A stretch of DNA of 64,000 nt from a virus (lineage: Duplodnaviria > Caudoviricetes), in IMG/VR virus record IMGVR_UViG_3300020411_000002; one strand, written 5' to 3'. This document shows positions 19,092-28,237 of the stretch, in pieces. Position 1 is the stretch's first letter. Every line of letters begins with the position of its first letter. The translations under genes were made by a program, and so were the position numbers. The notes under the pieces are model-generated. The model was not told the origin of the DNA. It saw nothing but the letters and a program-made list of their open reading frames with translations, and ran no database searches.

Positions 19092-20441
19092 ATGTCTTAT
19101 ATAAGAATATTTGACGAAGTAGACCCAGATGGAATTCGCGCACTTGTACATGAGAAGTTAATTTTTCCAGCAGACCCAAAGTTAGACGGGTCTGCTTTAA
19201 CTGTAAAAATTCATGTGCCCGGTGAAGTGTATAAACATACTCAGGTGTTTGAGTTGCGAATATCCAAACACACGTTGAAAAGTCTAATTAAGCAAGCAAG
19301 CAGTGAGTACTCGCCTACGGTGTGTACAAAGATTGCAAGCTTGTATAGAGTTGGTTTAGGTCTGCCTCATTCAAAAGAATGTCATTTGCTATGGACGCAC
19401 TTAGCAGCAGGGTTTAGCCCAAAAGTGAACGGAAGAGTTTTTTCTTATTCTAATATGTTGCGTATACTTCGTGAGCATTGGAAACAGGTGAACTCTTCTA
19501 GTGTAGACCCGAACTGGTTTTATTTTAATACACAAACGGCGCACTATAAAGATTTGTTAGCTAGTACTTTTAGCACACTGAGTACGGAACGATTTATTCA
19601 AAAGAATCCTCCTTTCTCAGCGGCTCCAAGTCTGGATGGTTTAGAGTGTACGTTGGTATATCGCATTGATAAAGGTGCAAACAAAGCTCACCTGTATGCA
19701 GCATACTGTAAAGTGAACAATAAGTTTATGAACTTCACTGTTCAAGCTATGCAGTTTGTACGAAAGGAAATAGAATCAAACGTTCTAAGTTCATTCGGTC
19801 CGTACTTATTTGTTAGTGGTGTAGTGAGTATAAAGGCTCGTAACCTATCTAAACTTAGAAAGTATTGGGGAAAAGATTCTTCGGTCAAACAGCTTATACG
19901 TTGTTCTTTAGACCAAGACGTATTTTCACTTTCTGAAATGGATGGTGTTGATTTGCCTAGCTCTCACCCTAGCAGTGCGTTTGTTAAGAACTACAGATCG
20001 AAGTACAAGAAAGCAGTACGCTTCATTGTAGATAATAGTTCTAAGAAGCGACTCAGCCGCAATACGGTTATAATGCTAAGTAAAGCTACTAATCTGGTAG
20101 AGAAATACGAAGAGCATGAGCAGGTGGTTAACGAAGCAAAGGAAGAGAAACGTAAACTTCGTGAATACGATATCATCCCTAGCCTGTCCTTTGTTGCATA
20201 CGATATGTATAGCTACTGGAACGAAGAGTTAAAGCGGGTTTCAAATCCGCATGAGTCAGTACTAAAATTTCTTAGTACTATGTTTGAAACAATTACAACA
20301 ATAAAGCCGTTGTCTACACCTGAGCGTACTGCGCTAAAGTTGAGTAATAACACTCCACCCGGGTATACGAATAGCGGTGTGATGTACCGGTTAGCAGATG
20401 TATCAAGTACAAAAACTGTAAACTGGATTAAAGTTAAGTAA
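19092..20441 (+). CDS. Degenerate NAD+-dependent DNA ligase adenylation-domain-like protein
   Basis: PSLDGLECTLVY, LFVSGVVSI, LSFVAYD and NSGVMYRL are colinear with LigA motifs I, III, IIIa and IV; catalytic residues substituted. Confidence 0.5.
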   Translation: MSYIRIFDEVDPDGIRALVHEKLIFPADPKLDGSALTVKIHVPGEVYKHTQVFELRISKHTLKSLIKQASSEYSPTVCTKIASLYRVGLGLPHSKECHLLWTHLAAGFSPKVNGRVFSYSNMLRILREHWKQVNSSSVDPNWFYFNTQTAHYKDLLASTFSTLSTERFIQKNPPFSAAPSLDGLECTLVYRIDKGANKAHLYAAYCKVNNKFMNFTVQAMQFVRKEIESNVLSSFGPYLFVSGVVSIKARNLSKLRKYWGKDSSVKQLIRCSLDQDVFSLSEMDGVDLPSSHPSSAFVKNYRSKYKKAVRFIVDNSSKKRLSRNTVIMLSKATNLVEKYEEHEQVVNEAKEEKRKLREYDIIPSLSFVAYDMYSYWNEELKRVSNPHESVLKFLSTMFETITTIKPLSTPERTALKLSNNTPPGYTNSGVMYRLADVSSTKTVNWIKVK

Positions 20442-20457
20442 TAAAGAGGATTATACA

Positions 20458-21909
20458 ATGTCTAATGATCACGATCAAAATAAAGAAAACGTTTCTGCAA
20501 ATACTAATGTAGTAGAACATGATTCAACAAATTGGAAGCCTTCTGAAAAGAGCGCCGACGCGGAGCAAGTTACACAAGCAAATGTGGAAACTGTAAATAA
20601 TGAGCAGAACGAAAGTTCTAGTGAAATAACTCAACCTGATAATAAGGAAAACGAAGTGACGAATTCAAATGATCGTCAGCGTGCCGTAGCGATGGGTGCT
20701 AAGCTATCTCCCGAAGCTCGCGATGAAGCAATCGCTGAACAAAAAGAACGTAGTAACATTCCAGACCCTGTTACTACAGAGACTGCGAATGCAGACGTTG
20801 AAGTTGAGCTTACTACCGAAGACGCTGTTATGGGTATGGGCGTCGGTGTAGACGTTAGTGAAGCAATGGAGCTTGGTCAAGGCATTAGCAACACATTGCA
20901 AATCAACAAAGACTTGTTTGTTGATATGATGGACACCTACTCGCCGCGCATCGTAGTGCAGTTTATTGTTCCTGCTGGTAACATCGATACAGGTATTGAC
21001 TATCGTGAATTACATGAAGCCGAAGACGGTACTGAGTACAATCGAAACCTTACGATAGCTGTTCCAAAAGAAGGTAAGCCTGGCGGTCTGATGTACGATT
21101 CAGTTATGGAGCTTGTAACTAAAGCTTCTGAGTTCAATAATCTTGAATTCAATCTTGTGTCGGAATCTAACTTGATGGATTCTATGGGTCAGTTCGTAAT
21201 GCGTCGCTTTATCTCTGCACTAAGCGAAAACCCTTTCCCAATGGATGTAGAAGATATGCCGGAGCAACTTGGCTTTAACGCATTTACTTCTGCGGGTCTA
21301 CACCAAGACGACCCTGATACAATCGTAGTATCGCAACTTCTTCCGATACCGACATTAAACGGTGCAGCGAATAAAGCGGAACGTGCTGCAAAGCTTGTTC
21401 AGTACTTTGAACAACAAATCATGAATGCCGACTTAAATGTAGACGTTGAATTCGTTTATGTTGTCGATGCAGAAGAAGCTATCCTAGATAATGCCGCTAC
21501 TGAAATGGTACGCGCACTTACTACGGAACATGACTTCGAAACTGTGACTCTTGGCGATATCTTGAAGTATACAGAAGACAAGATGTTAGATGAAGACGAA
21601 CAATTATGGGACGACGAATACGAAGACTTCTACGAAGAAGAAAGACCTTACGACCCATCTGATGACGATGACGCCTTCGACCCGTCTGATGACGACGAAG
21701 ACGCTGATGAAGAATCTGATGATTTAGACGAAGAAAATGATGATTCTGATTCTGAACTTACTAATGTAGATGAAGACGAAGAAGAAAACTATTCTCTTCC
21801 TCTATCGATTTCACAAGATGCAACGCCTGAGTTGATGTTGGTAAGCACCCGCTTCTGCATCGAAAGCGCTGTAATCAATAACCCAATCTTTTTGGTGAAG
21901 AAGCTTTAA
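20458..21909 (+). CDS. Acidic protein with disordered N-terminus and D/E-rich C-terminal tract
   Basis: 483 aa; GAGGA SD; DPSDDDD repeats. Confidence 0.85.
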   Translation: MSNDHDQNKENVSANTNVVEHDSTNWKPSEKSADAEQVTQANVETVNNEQNESSSEITQPDNKENEVTNSNDRQRAVAMGAKLSPEARDEAIAEQKERSNIPDPVTTETANADVEVELTTEDAVMGMGVGVDVSEAMELGQGISNTLQINKDLFVDMMDTYSPRIVVQFIVPAGNIDTGIDYRELHEAEDGTEYNRNLTIAVPKEGKPGGLMYDSVMELVTKASEFNNLEFNLVSESNLMDSMGQFVMRRFISALSENPFPMDVEDMPEQLGFNAFTSAGLHQDDPDTIVVSQLLPIPTLNGAANKAERAAKLVQYFEQQIMNADLNVDVEFVYVVDAEEAILDNAATEMVRALTTEHDFETVTLGDILKYTEDKMLDEDEQLWDDEYEDFYEEERPYDPSDDDDAFDPSDDDEDADEESDDLDEENDDSDSELTNVDEDEEENYSLPLSISQDATPELMLVSTRFCIESAVINNPIFLVKKL

Positions 21910-21923
21910 GCTTCTTCCTTTTT
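21897..21923 (+). terminator. Intrinsic terminator
   Basis: GAAGAAGCT-TTA-AGCTTCTTC then CTTTTT, overlapping the stop of 20458-21909. Confidence 0.65.
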
Positions 21924-21937
21924 CTCGGAGTAAAGAA

Positions 21938-22468
21938 ATGAAACGTAATACTAAAACTACTGCTAAGAAAACTAAAGCCCCTGCCCGCGGTCGTAAGACT
22001 GGTACTGCTGTAGCTAAAGCTGGTCTTGTTCGTAACTCTCGTTTGCAGAAGCACGAAAGCCGTATCAACAACATGGGTACTGGTAAGCTTAGTGCTAAAC
22101 AGCTTTCATCTGTAGGTGCTTCGGTTGTTGTTCGCGCTAAAGACCAAGTTAGTCAAATGGTTGGTTTCTGCCTATCTGCTGATAACGACAAAGTTGTTAT
22201 TCGTACTAACAAGCGCCACGGTTCTTCTAAAGTAGTTATCAAAACAATCAAGCGTGAAGACATTGCGTATATGATTGGTGACGAAGGTTCTCACACTATG
22301 CTAGGTGTTATCAAAGAAGGCGAAGTGTTAGCGTTACCTAAGTGTACTGTTGAAATGAATGGTTCTATCGCTATCGTTACTGACTTGAAAACAGGTGACG
22401 TTATCGAAATTGACCAGTCTAATCCTAAGCTAGACGTTCAAATCGAATTTGACGAAGCTGCTGCATAA
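21938..22468 (+). CDS. Basic-tailed protein with a possible Sm/Lsm-like or SH3-like beta barrel
   Basis: N-terminal KRNTKTTAKKTKAPARGRK; VVVRAKDQVSQMVGFCLSADNDKVVIR...TIKREDIAYMI. Confidence 0.45.
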   Translation: MKRNTKTTAKKTKAPARGRKTGTAVAKAGLVRNSRLQKHESRINNMGTGKLSAKQLSSVGASVVVRAKDQVSQMVGFCLSADNDKVVIRTNKRHGSSKVVIKTIKREDIAYMIGDEGSHTMLGVIKEGEVLALPKCTVEMNGSIAIVTDLKTGDVIEIDQSNPKLDVQIEFDEAAA

Positions 22469-22488
22469 AAAGCTGCAAAAGCAAAAAC

Positions 22489-22496
22489 TGTAAATA
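22489..22496 (+). promoter_or_regulatory. Motif-B (AAAAACTGTAAATA)
   Basis: Intergenic, about 60 nt upstream of ORF 22557. Confidence 0.55.
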
Positions 22497-22556
22497 GTAC
22501 TCGTAAGCAATTACAATCCAACATTCAAAAACAAAACATCCTTTAAGGAAAAAGAA

Positions 22557-23513
22557 ATGCCAAGAAATGCAAAATCAAAAGCACCTGCAAAGCGTACTGC
22601 TAAGAAGACTAACGAAGCAATCGAGCTATTAAAGTCTTTATTAGTTGGTCTTTCAGAAGCGGCTAACGACGGTGACGCGGAATCTATTGAAATTCTTGAA
22701 GCCGCTGGTCTTTCAGTATCAGGTGAAGCCGTTGAAGATGACGAAGACGAAGAGCTTGAAGATGACGAAGACGAAGACGAACTTGAAGACGACGAAGACT
22801 TTGACCGTGATGAAATCATTGAAGCCTTAGCTGCCTTAAAGATTCGTGGCATTACCAAAGCCAAGTTAAACAAAGCTTCTGATGAAAAACTTCAAGAGCT
22901 TGCGGACAAGCACTTAGAAGACGAAGACGAAGAGCTTGAAGATGACGAAGACGAAGAGCTTGAAGACGAATTTGATCGTGAAGCAGTTATCGAAGAGCTT
23001 GCAGGTTTGCGTATTCGCGGTATCACAAAAGCTAAGCTGAATAAAGCTTCTGATGAAAAACTTCAAGATCTAGCCGATGAACACCTTGGTGAAATCGAAG
23101 ACGAAGAAGACGAAGAGCTTGAAGAAGACGAGGACGAAGTTCCAGATCTTGAAAGCATGGACGACAAAGAGCTAATCGCTCTTGCTAAGAAATTAAAACT
23201 TGGCAAAGGTCGCATGACTGCTGATAAGGCTTTTGACCTTCTTGACGAGCACTTCGCTGAAGGTGAAGAAGACGAAGAGCTTGAAGACGAAGAAGACGAA
23301 GAGCTTGAAGAAGACGAGGACGAAGCTCCAGATCTTGAAGAAATGAGCGAAAAAGAAGTTATCGCTCTAGCCAAGAAACTTGGATTGGTTAAAGGTCGCA
23401 AGGTCTCTTACGACGATGCATACGATGCGCTTGAAGAACACTTCGAAGGCGAAATCGATGAAGACGAAGACGAACTTGAAGACGAAGAAGACGATTGGGA
23501 AGACGATAATTAA
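22557..23513 (+). CDS. Highly acidic repeat protein with 2+2 helical modules (second pair Rho-N/HeH-like)
   Basis: Two copies of FDR..IE.LA.L.IRGITKAKLNKASDEKLQ.LAD.HL; two copies of PDLE.M..KE.IALAKKL.L.KGR; EDEELED spacers. Confidence 0.85.
   Translation: MPRNAKSKAPAKRTAKKTNEAIELLKSLLVGLSEAANDGDAESIEILEAAGLSVSGEAVEDDEDEELEDDEDEDELEDDEDFDRDEIIEALAALKIRGITKAKLNKASDEKLQELADKHLEDEDEELEDDEDEELEDEFDREAVIEELAGLRIRGITKAKLNKASDEKLQDLADEHLGEIEDEEDEELEEDEDEVPDLESMDDKELIALAKKLKLGKGRMTADKAFDLLDEHFAEGEEDEELEDEEDEELEEDEDEAPDLEEMSEKEVIALAKKLGLVKGRKVSYDDAYDALEEHFEGEIDEDEDELEDEEDDWEDDN
22730..23500 (+). repeat. In-frame coding direct repeats (GAAGACGAAGAGCTT-rich spacers and duplicated modules)
   Basis: Near-identical nucleotide blocks such as AAAGCTTCTGATGAAAAACTTCAAGA (x2) and GAAGAGCTTGAAGAAGACGAGGACGAAG (x2). 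Confidence 0.85.
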
Positions 23514-23565
23514 TATCGCCGTTTAATCTCTAAATCCAAATAACTAACTTTTACTTTTAATTACA

Positions 23566-23582
23566 GGGGGCTGCCCGCCCCC
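23566..23582 (+). terminator. GC-rich hairpin between 22557-23513 and 23610-24152
   Basis: GGGGGC-TGCCC-GCCCCC followed by TTACTCTT. Confidence 0.45.
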
Positions 23583-23609
23583 TTACTCTTACAATAATGG
23601 AGAATAAAA

Positions 23610-24152
23610 ATGGCGAAAATGGTATCACTTAAAGCGACTGACTTTAAAGCTGCTGGAACTAAAGTAAGTCAAATTCAAAAATCAATGGAAGGTTTTGCCT
23701 CTATTTCTGCACAACTTGAAGCGCTAGCTGCTAAAGTTGAAAATCCTCGTCTTGCTAAATCAATCACTACTCAGCAAAACAAAATCAATAAAGGTATCGA
23801 GCGCGTTGAAGGTCTTATTGAAGTACTTGTTGAAAAGATGACTTCGGAAGATGCTCCTGTTCCTGCGGCTGCTAAAGCTCCTGCAAAAGCAAAAGCACCT
23901 GCTAAAGCTCCTGCAAAAGCAAAAGCTGCTGCTACTAAAGCTCCTGCTCGTGGTAAAGCTACTGCTAAAACTCCACGCGGTAAAGCTGCTGCTACCAAGA
24001 CTGCAACCAAAGCAAAAGCTCCTGCTCGTGGTAAAGCAAAAGCTGCTGCTACTAAAGCTCCTGCTCGTGGTAAAGCAAAAGCAACTAAAGCACCAGCCCG
24101 TGGTCGCCGTTCAAAAGCTGCTGCTGGCGACGAGTTCGATTTCGAAAGCTAA
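23610..24152 (+). CDS. Histone H1-like / Hc1-AlgP-like Lys-Ala-Pro-rich nucleoid protein
   Basis: N-terminal coiled coil, then AKAPAKAK and TKAPARGK tandem repeats, acidic tip DEFDFES; biased GCT/AAA codons suggest high expression. Confidence 0.7.
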   Translation: MAKMVSLKATDFKAAGTKVSQIQKSMEGFASISAQLEALAAKVENPRLAKSITTQQNKINKGIERVEGLIEVLVEKMTSEDAPVPAAAKAPAKAKAPAKAPAKAKAAATKAPARGKATAKTPRGKAAATKTATKAKAPARGKAKAAATKAPARGKAKATKAPARGRRSKAAAGDEFDFES

Positions 24153-24153
24153 G

Positions 24154-24181
24154 TCTAGCGCTAGTTTTCTAGCTTAGATTT
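24154..24181 (+). terminator. Intrinsic terminator
   Basis: TCTAG-C-GCTAG-TTTT-CTAGC-TTAGA then TTT, directly after the stop. Confidence 0.6.
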
Positions 24182-24240
24182 ATATTGGGTCTGTAACATT
24201 AGAAGTGTTCAGACCCTTTACTCGTTTCATTGGGGTTTTT

Positions 24241-24774
24241 ATGCCAGCTTTTGTAGATGATATACAATTTGATAGGTGGTATGTTTCTGACCTAGTTCGC
24301 AAGGCAGAAAGTCTTACTTTTCTAACTGCTCAGTTAGAGTCTATGCGTTCACAAATAGAAAGTCATTTAGATGTTGTCGATGCCGAGCTTAGATTAGAGT
24401 ACTTCGAGATAAAAGAGGATGCTAGGTCAAAGTTTAATTCAGTTCAAGATATTGAAAATTGTGTCTTGGAATTGAGAAGAGCTAAGGCACGCCAGTCTAA
24501 ACTTACCAATCAAGAATATGTAAAGACATTAGAGTTAATCAAACTTCTATTGCGCTCCATTGCTAAGTACGTATACGATAACCTATCTAACGATGATAGA
24601 AAGACATTTGAACTCCGTTCATCAGACCCGTTCTTTGCTGACGTAGACGACAATGCTTTTTCAATGAGCAAACGCATTACAGAGGTTTTATCTAAGCAAA
24701 TATTAGAATATAAATCTGGTAAACAAAATGTCAGAATATCAAACAACCCAATACAAGGGTCTAAAGCTACTTGA
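24241..24774 (+). CDS. Hypothetical helical protein
   Basis: ATG 24241 (ORF track starts at GTG 24205); coiled-coil-like. Confidence 0.7.
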   Translation: MPAFVDDIQFDRWYVSDLVRKAESLTFLTAQLESMRSQIESHLDVVDAELRLEYFEIKEDARSKFNSVQDIENCVLELRRAKARQSKLTNQEYVKTLELIKLLLRSIAKYVYDNLSNDDRKTFELRSSDPFFADVDDNAFSMSKRITEVLSKQILEYKSGKQNVRISNNPIQGSKAT

Positions 24775-25132
24775 TGATACTCTTAAAAAGCTTCGCAACG
24801 ATATCTACAGAATTATAGAACTTCCTAACGGTTACTACTTTTGCGGATACGTTGAATTTTCTTCACTATCTTCCGATATCCTAAATGTTGAAATCGCACT
24901 TCTGGATATGAACTTTTCAAAAGTGGAAAGTGTTGACTTGGTTAGCTTTAATAGAGTTGTAGCCGAAAGCTTTTTAAGAATAAGAGCAGACTATCAAGCT
25001 TGGATTCAAACCTATTTAAGCGGTGGTGAATCTAGCTTTAGACGCGACGAAGAAGCTGAAAAGCTTTTCTCCGATTTTATTAACAAGTCTGATACTGAAC
25101 TAGATTTAGATATCAGAGAATTTTCATTGTAG
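24728..25132 (+). CDS. Hypothetical protein
   Basis: 134-aa ORF. Confidence 0.7.
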   Translation: MSEYQTTQYKGLKLLDDTLKKLRNDIYRIIELPNGYYFCGYVEFSSLSSDILNVEIALLDMNFSKVESVDLVSFNRVVAESFLRIRADYQAWIQTYLSGGESSFRRDEEAEKLFSDFINKSDTELDLDIREFSL

Positions 25133-25141
25133 GGAACGCTA

Positions 25142-27187
25142 ATGGCAATTAGAAAAAGACGAACCAGCCCCGCGAAGACCCCTGCCAAGTCTCAATCGTA
25201 TGACGAAGATAGCATTAAGTTCCAAGAAGGTCTTAATGGTATTCGTGCCAATCCATCTATGTATTTAGGTGCGCTTGGTAATCCTATGGTATTCCGAATG
25301 GTAAAGGAAGCTGTAGATAACGTGTACGATGAATTTGCAGCAGGTCGTAACACAGGTGCTGAGATTATTGTTAATCCAAAAGACAACTCGTATATTATTG
25401 CTGACTACGCTCAAGGTATTCCAGTTGGATTAAAGCAGACCGAACACGAAGGCAAAGTTAGTGCAATGACTTTGATTCTTACCAAAGTTCATGCTGGTGG
25501 TAAGTTTGATGATACTGCATATAAAACATCTAGTGGTACTCACGGTGTTGGTATCGCAGCCGTTAACGCCGCATCTAGTGTTATGGAAGTTTGGACTAAG
25601 CGTGAAAAAGTTTGGTATGTGCAAACGTTCAAGAAAGGTGTTGCTGATGCCAAAGTTAAAAAGCTTGGTACACGAGCACCTGCCGCATTCAAGAACTTTG
25701 ACTTAGCAGAAAAAACTATCAGCAAGTATGGAACTATTGTTAGATTCATACCAGACCAAACCGTTGTGTCCGAAGACGCTGCTCGTGGTTCACGTAAAGT
25801 AGCAGAAGACAAGTTGACTGTAGCAAAGCTTGAACTTGGTACAGCCGGTAGCTGGTTACGCGACTTAGCAATGCTTAACCCAGGCTTCCACATTACTTAC
25901 ACTTGCGTTGGTAAAGGTTCTAAGAAGTTTGTGAACACTAAAGGTCTAGACTGGTTAGTGTTGAACAGAATCAAAGAAGCAGAAGCACAAGCTGTATCCC
26001 GTAAACCTTTCATGTACGAAGATGAAGACCTGTCTTGTGCTATCACTTGGACTGACCAAGCAGACGATCATTTATTTACTTCGTATGTTAACAGTTCACC
26101 TACAGTAGAACATGGTACTCACGTTGAAGGTTTCCGTTCTGCTCTACAAAAAGCTATCAAGCCGCATCTTACTGATCGTGACAAGAAAGCAAAGTTCACT
26201 GTTCATGATTTGATGATAGGTGCTTGCGGTGTGTTGAACTTTAAAATGAACTCTGCTCAGTATAGTTCACAGGTTAAAGATAAGCTAGTATCAAAAGTTG
26301 CTAAAGACGTTGAAACAAAGCTTGAAGAATCTTTATTCGAATGGTTCAAAGATAATCCGCGTATTGCAAAGAACATTATCAAGAAAGCTACTACTGCTAA
26401 CAATGCCCGCGAATCTCTAAAGAAAGTCATGAAGTCTATGACAGAAGTTCGTAAGAAGTCTCGCGGTGTTTTGCCTGAGAACTTAACAGAAGCACCAAAC
26501 GTTAAACCTGACCAACGTGAAATATACATCGTTGAGGGGGACTCTGCTGGTGGTACTGCAAAGAATGCTAGAAACTCTAATCAAGAGATATTGAAAATGT
26601 CTGGTAAGCCTGCCAACGCCCTCAATATATCTTTGGATAAGCTGTTAAACTCGCAAGCAGTACTAAACATTATTATTTCGTTAGGTATTGACCCAGGCTC
26701 TCTAGACATACAAGCTGACAGTCCTAAGTTTAGCTCTGATAAGTTACGTTGCCAACGTGTTTACTTGCTCTCTGACCCAGATCCAGACGGTGCTCACATT
26801 AACGTATTGCTTTTGTGTTTCTTTTTCCGCTTGCTACCAGACTTTATAAAAGAAGGTCGATTGTATTGCGTAGAAGGTAAACTTTACTCTGCTCTATACA
26901 AAGGAAAGCTTTATTCTGGTGACACGTTTGATGAATGTTATAGCTCGATGCCACAAACAGAAGAAGCTAAGAAAGCAATAACACGTATCAAAGGATGGGG
27001 AGAAGTTAACCCAGATATGCTTGACCCAATCGCTTTCGATCCAGATACAAGACTGGTACGTCAAATATCTTGGAACGATGACCCTGCAAAAATTGCTTAC
27101 TTCCGAAACATTGCTGCCGAGTCTGCGGCTGAGAAGCGTAAACTTCTTGGACTTAAAGAATCGCGTCCAGCTTTAGAAGAAGCTTAG
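25142..27187 (+). CDS. gyrB: Type IIA DNA topoisomerase, B (ATPase/TOPRIM) subunit
   Basis: EAVDN, QGIP, HAGGKF, GTHGVG, EGDSAGG, DPDPDGAHI, RIKGWGE motifs; GyrB/ParE-like. Confidence 0.93.
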   Translation: MAIRKRRTSPAKTPAKSQSYDEDSIKFQEGLNGIRANPSMYLGALGNPMVFRMVKEAVDNVYDEFAAGRNTGAEIIVNPKDNSYIIADYAQGIPVGLKQTEHEGKVSAMTLILTKVHAGGKFDDTAYKTSSGTHGVGIAAVNAASSVMEVWTKREKVWYVQTFKKGVADAKVKKLGTRAPAAFKNFDLAEKTISKYGTIVRFIPDQTVVSEDAARGSRKVAEDKLTVAKLELGTAGSWLRDLAMLNPGFHITYTCVGKGSKKFVNTKGLDWLVLNRIKEAEAQAVSRKPFMYEDEDLSCAITWTDQADDHLFTSYVNSSPTVEHGTHVEGFRSALQKAIKPHLTDRDKKAKFTVHDLMIGACGVLNFKMNSAQYSSQVKDKLVSKVAKDVETKLEESLFEWFKDNPRIAKNIIKKATTANNARESLKKVMKSMTEVRKKSRGVLPENLTEAPNVKPDQREIYIVEGDSAGGTAKNARNSNQEILKMSGKPANALNISLDKLLNSQAVLNIIISLGIDPGSLDIQADSPKFSSDKLRCQRVYLLSDPDPDGAHINVLLLCFFFRLLPDFIKEGRLYCVEGKLYSALYKGKLYSGDTFDECYSSMPQTEEAKKAITRIKGWGEVNPDMLDPIAFDPDTRLVRQISWNDDPAKIAYFRNIAAESAAEKRKLLGLKESRPALEEA

Positions 27188-27195
27188 GAGTTACT

Positions 27196-27663
27196 ATGGA
27201 TAGTGTAAACCCTGTTGAAGTTTTTATGATAGTAGATATTGTGTTTACTTCGCTTTATGATGATTCTACTAGCGGAATGTATAACATGAATATTTCTAAA
27301 CCTACTTGGGTTAGTGCTACGTTACATCAGATGAACGACGAACTTGTATTTCCAACGTTTGCACTATCTGTAATTTGTCCTTTCGTTATAGGCAAAGATG
27401 GAACAATCTATAAATGTTCATACAATAAAGATATTGAAGGAGTTGAATACTTTGGATATGAAATGGAATTTGTTGAAGGAATATGCTTGAATACAAATGA
27501 CGGTCTTTGGGACTGGAAAGAAAAAACAAGCAAGAGAGCTGTTATAGGTACTATTAAAAGAGTCTACGGTAGTATAGCCAAATTCAGACAGCAAATTGAA
27601 AAATACCCCTATGACAATTCTCTTTTAAAATCCATTATAACAGGAGCAGAGTTGGAACTATGA
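27196..27663 (+). CDS. Hypothetical protein between the topoisomerase subunits
   Basis: AGGAG SD; 155 aa. Confidence 0.75.
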   Translation: MDSVNPVEVFMIVDIVFTSLYDDSTSGMYNMNISKPTWVSATLHQMNDELVFPTFALSVICPFVIGKDGTIYKCSYNKDIEGVEYFGYEMEFVEGICLNTNDGLWDWKEKTSKRAVIGTIKRVYGSIAKFRQQIEKYPYDNSLLKSIITGAELEL

Positions 27664-28196
27664 GCACACACGAGATTTCGAAAACAGAATTTGATAGTAA
27701 AGTTATTTTGTATCTAGATCCTGGGTCTCGTCCTATCAATCAGGAGTACACGCAACGCTGGTTTAGCTTGCCTGCTTTTGTAGATGAAGACTCCAAGCAG
27801 ATAATAGTGCCTGGGTCTATCTCTACTTTGTATCGTGCGCGTATAGTTATAACTGACGATAGAACAGTCCGCAAGTTCGGCAAAGCTCTTAATCTTAATG
27901 GAAAGAAGTTGCTACCTCCCACTTACGATGATCTTATTTCAAAGTGTGTTCACGTAGAGGAAGGCTTCAACGAGTTTGTTAATACTGAGAACTGGATCAA
28001 AACAAGTTCTTTTAAATCGTATTCTCACTATCAGAAGTTTTGGCAAGAGGGCGAACCTTTTACAATTCCGAATCCTGAATATATTGACTTGTACAAACTG
28101 TTTAGAGATATAAGCGTTAAAGCTTGTCCGTCATTGCACGGCAATCCGAGTGGTGAAAGTACCGACACTAATCACGTAGTATGTAGCGATTGCTAA
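27660..28196 (+). CDS. Hypothetical protein between the topoisomerase subunits
   Basis: ATGA overlap; 178 aa; C-terminal CPSLH...HVVCSDC. Confidence 0.75.
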   Translation: MSTHEISKTEFDSKVILYLDPGSRPINQEYTQRWFSLPAFVDEDSKQIIVPGSISTLYRARIVITDDRTVRKFGKALNLNGKKLLPPTYDDLISKCVHVEEGFNEFVNTENWIKTSSFKSYSHYQKFWQEGEPFTIPNPEYIDLYKLFRDISVKACPSLHGNPSGESTDTNHVVCSDC

Positions 28197-28198
28197 AC

Positions 28199-28206
28199 TG
28201 TAAATA
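28199..28206 (+). promoter_or_regulatory. Motif-B (AAACTGTAAATA)
   Basis: Intergenic, 31 nt upstream of the topoisomerase A start. Confidence 0.55.
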
Positions 28207-28237
28207 AGAACTAACTTTATACTTAAAGGTTTTTCCA

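Noticed and set aside
20592-20599. TGTAAATA copy inside ORF 20458
   Set aside because: It encodes T-V-N-N within a coding region and is not near a downstream gene start. It was not counted as a promoter.
17979-23401. Minus-strand poly-Ser ORFs (17979-18395, 22511-22873, 23063-23401) and other antisense ORFs in the track
   Set aside because: They are shadows of GAA/GAC/GAT-rich sense genes, with no SD or independent coding signal.
18110-23500. Short direct repeats that might be a CRISPR array
   Set aside because: The repeats are in-frame codon repeats for Glu/Asp/Leu with irregular spacing. There are no unique constant-length spacers and no cas genes.
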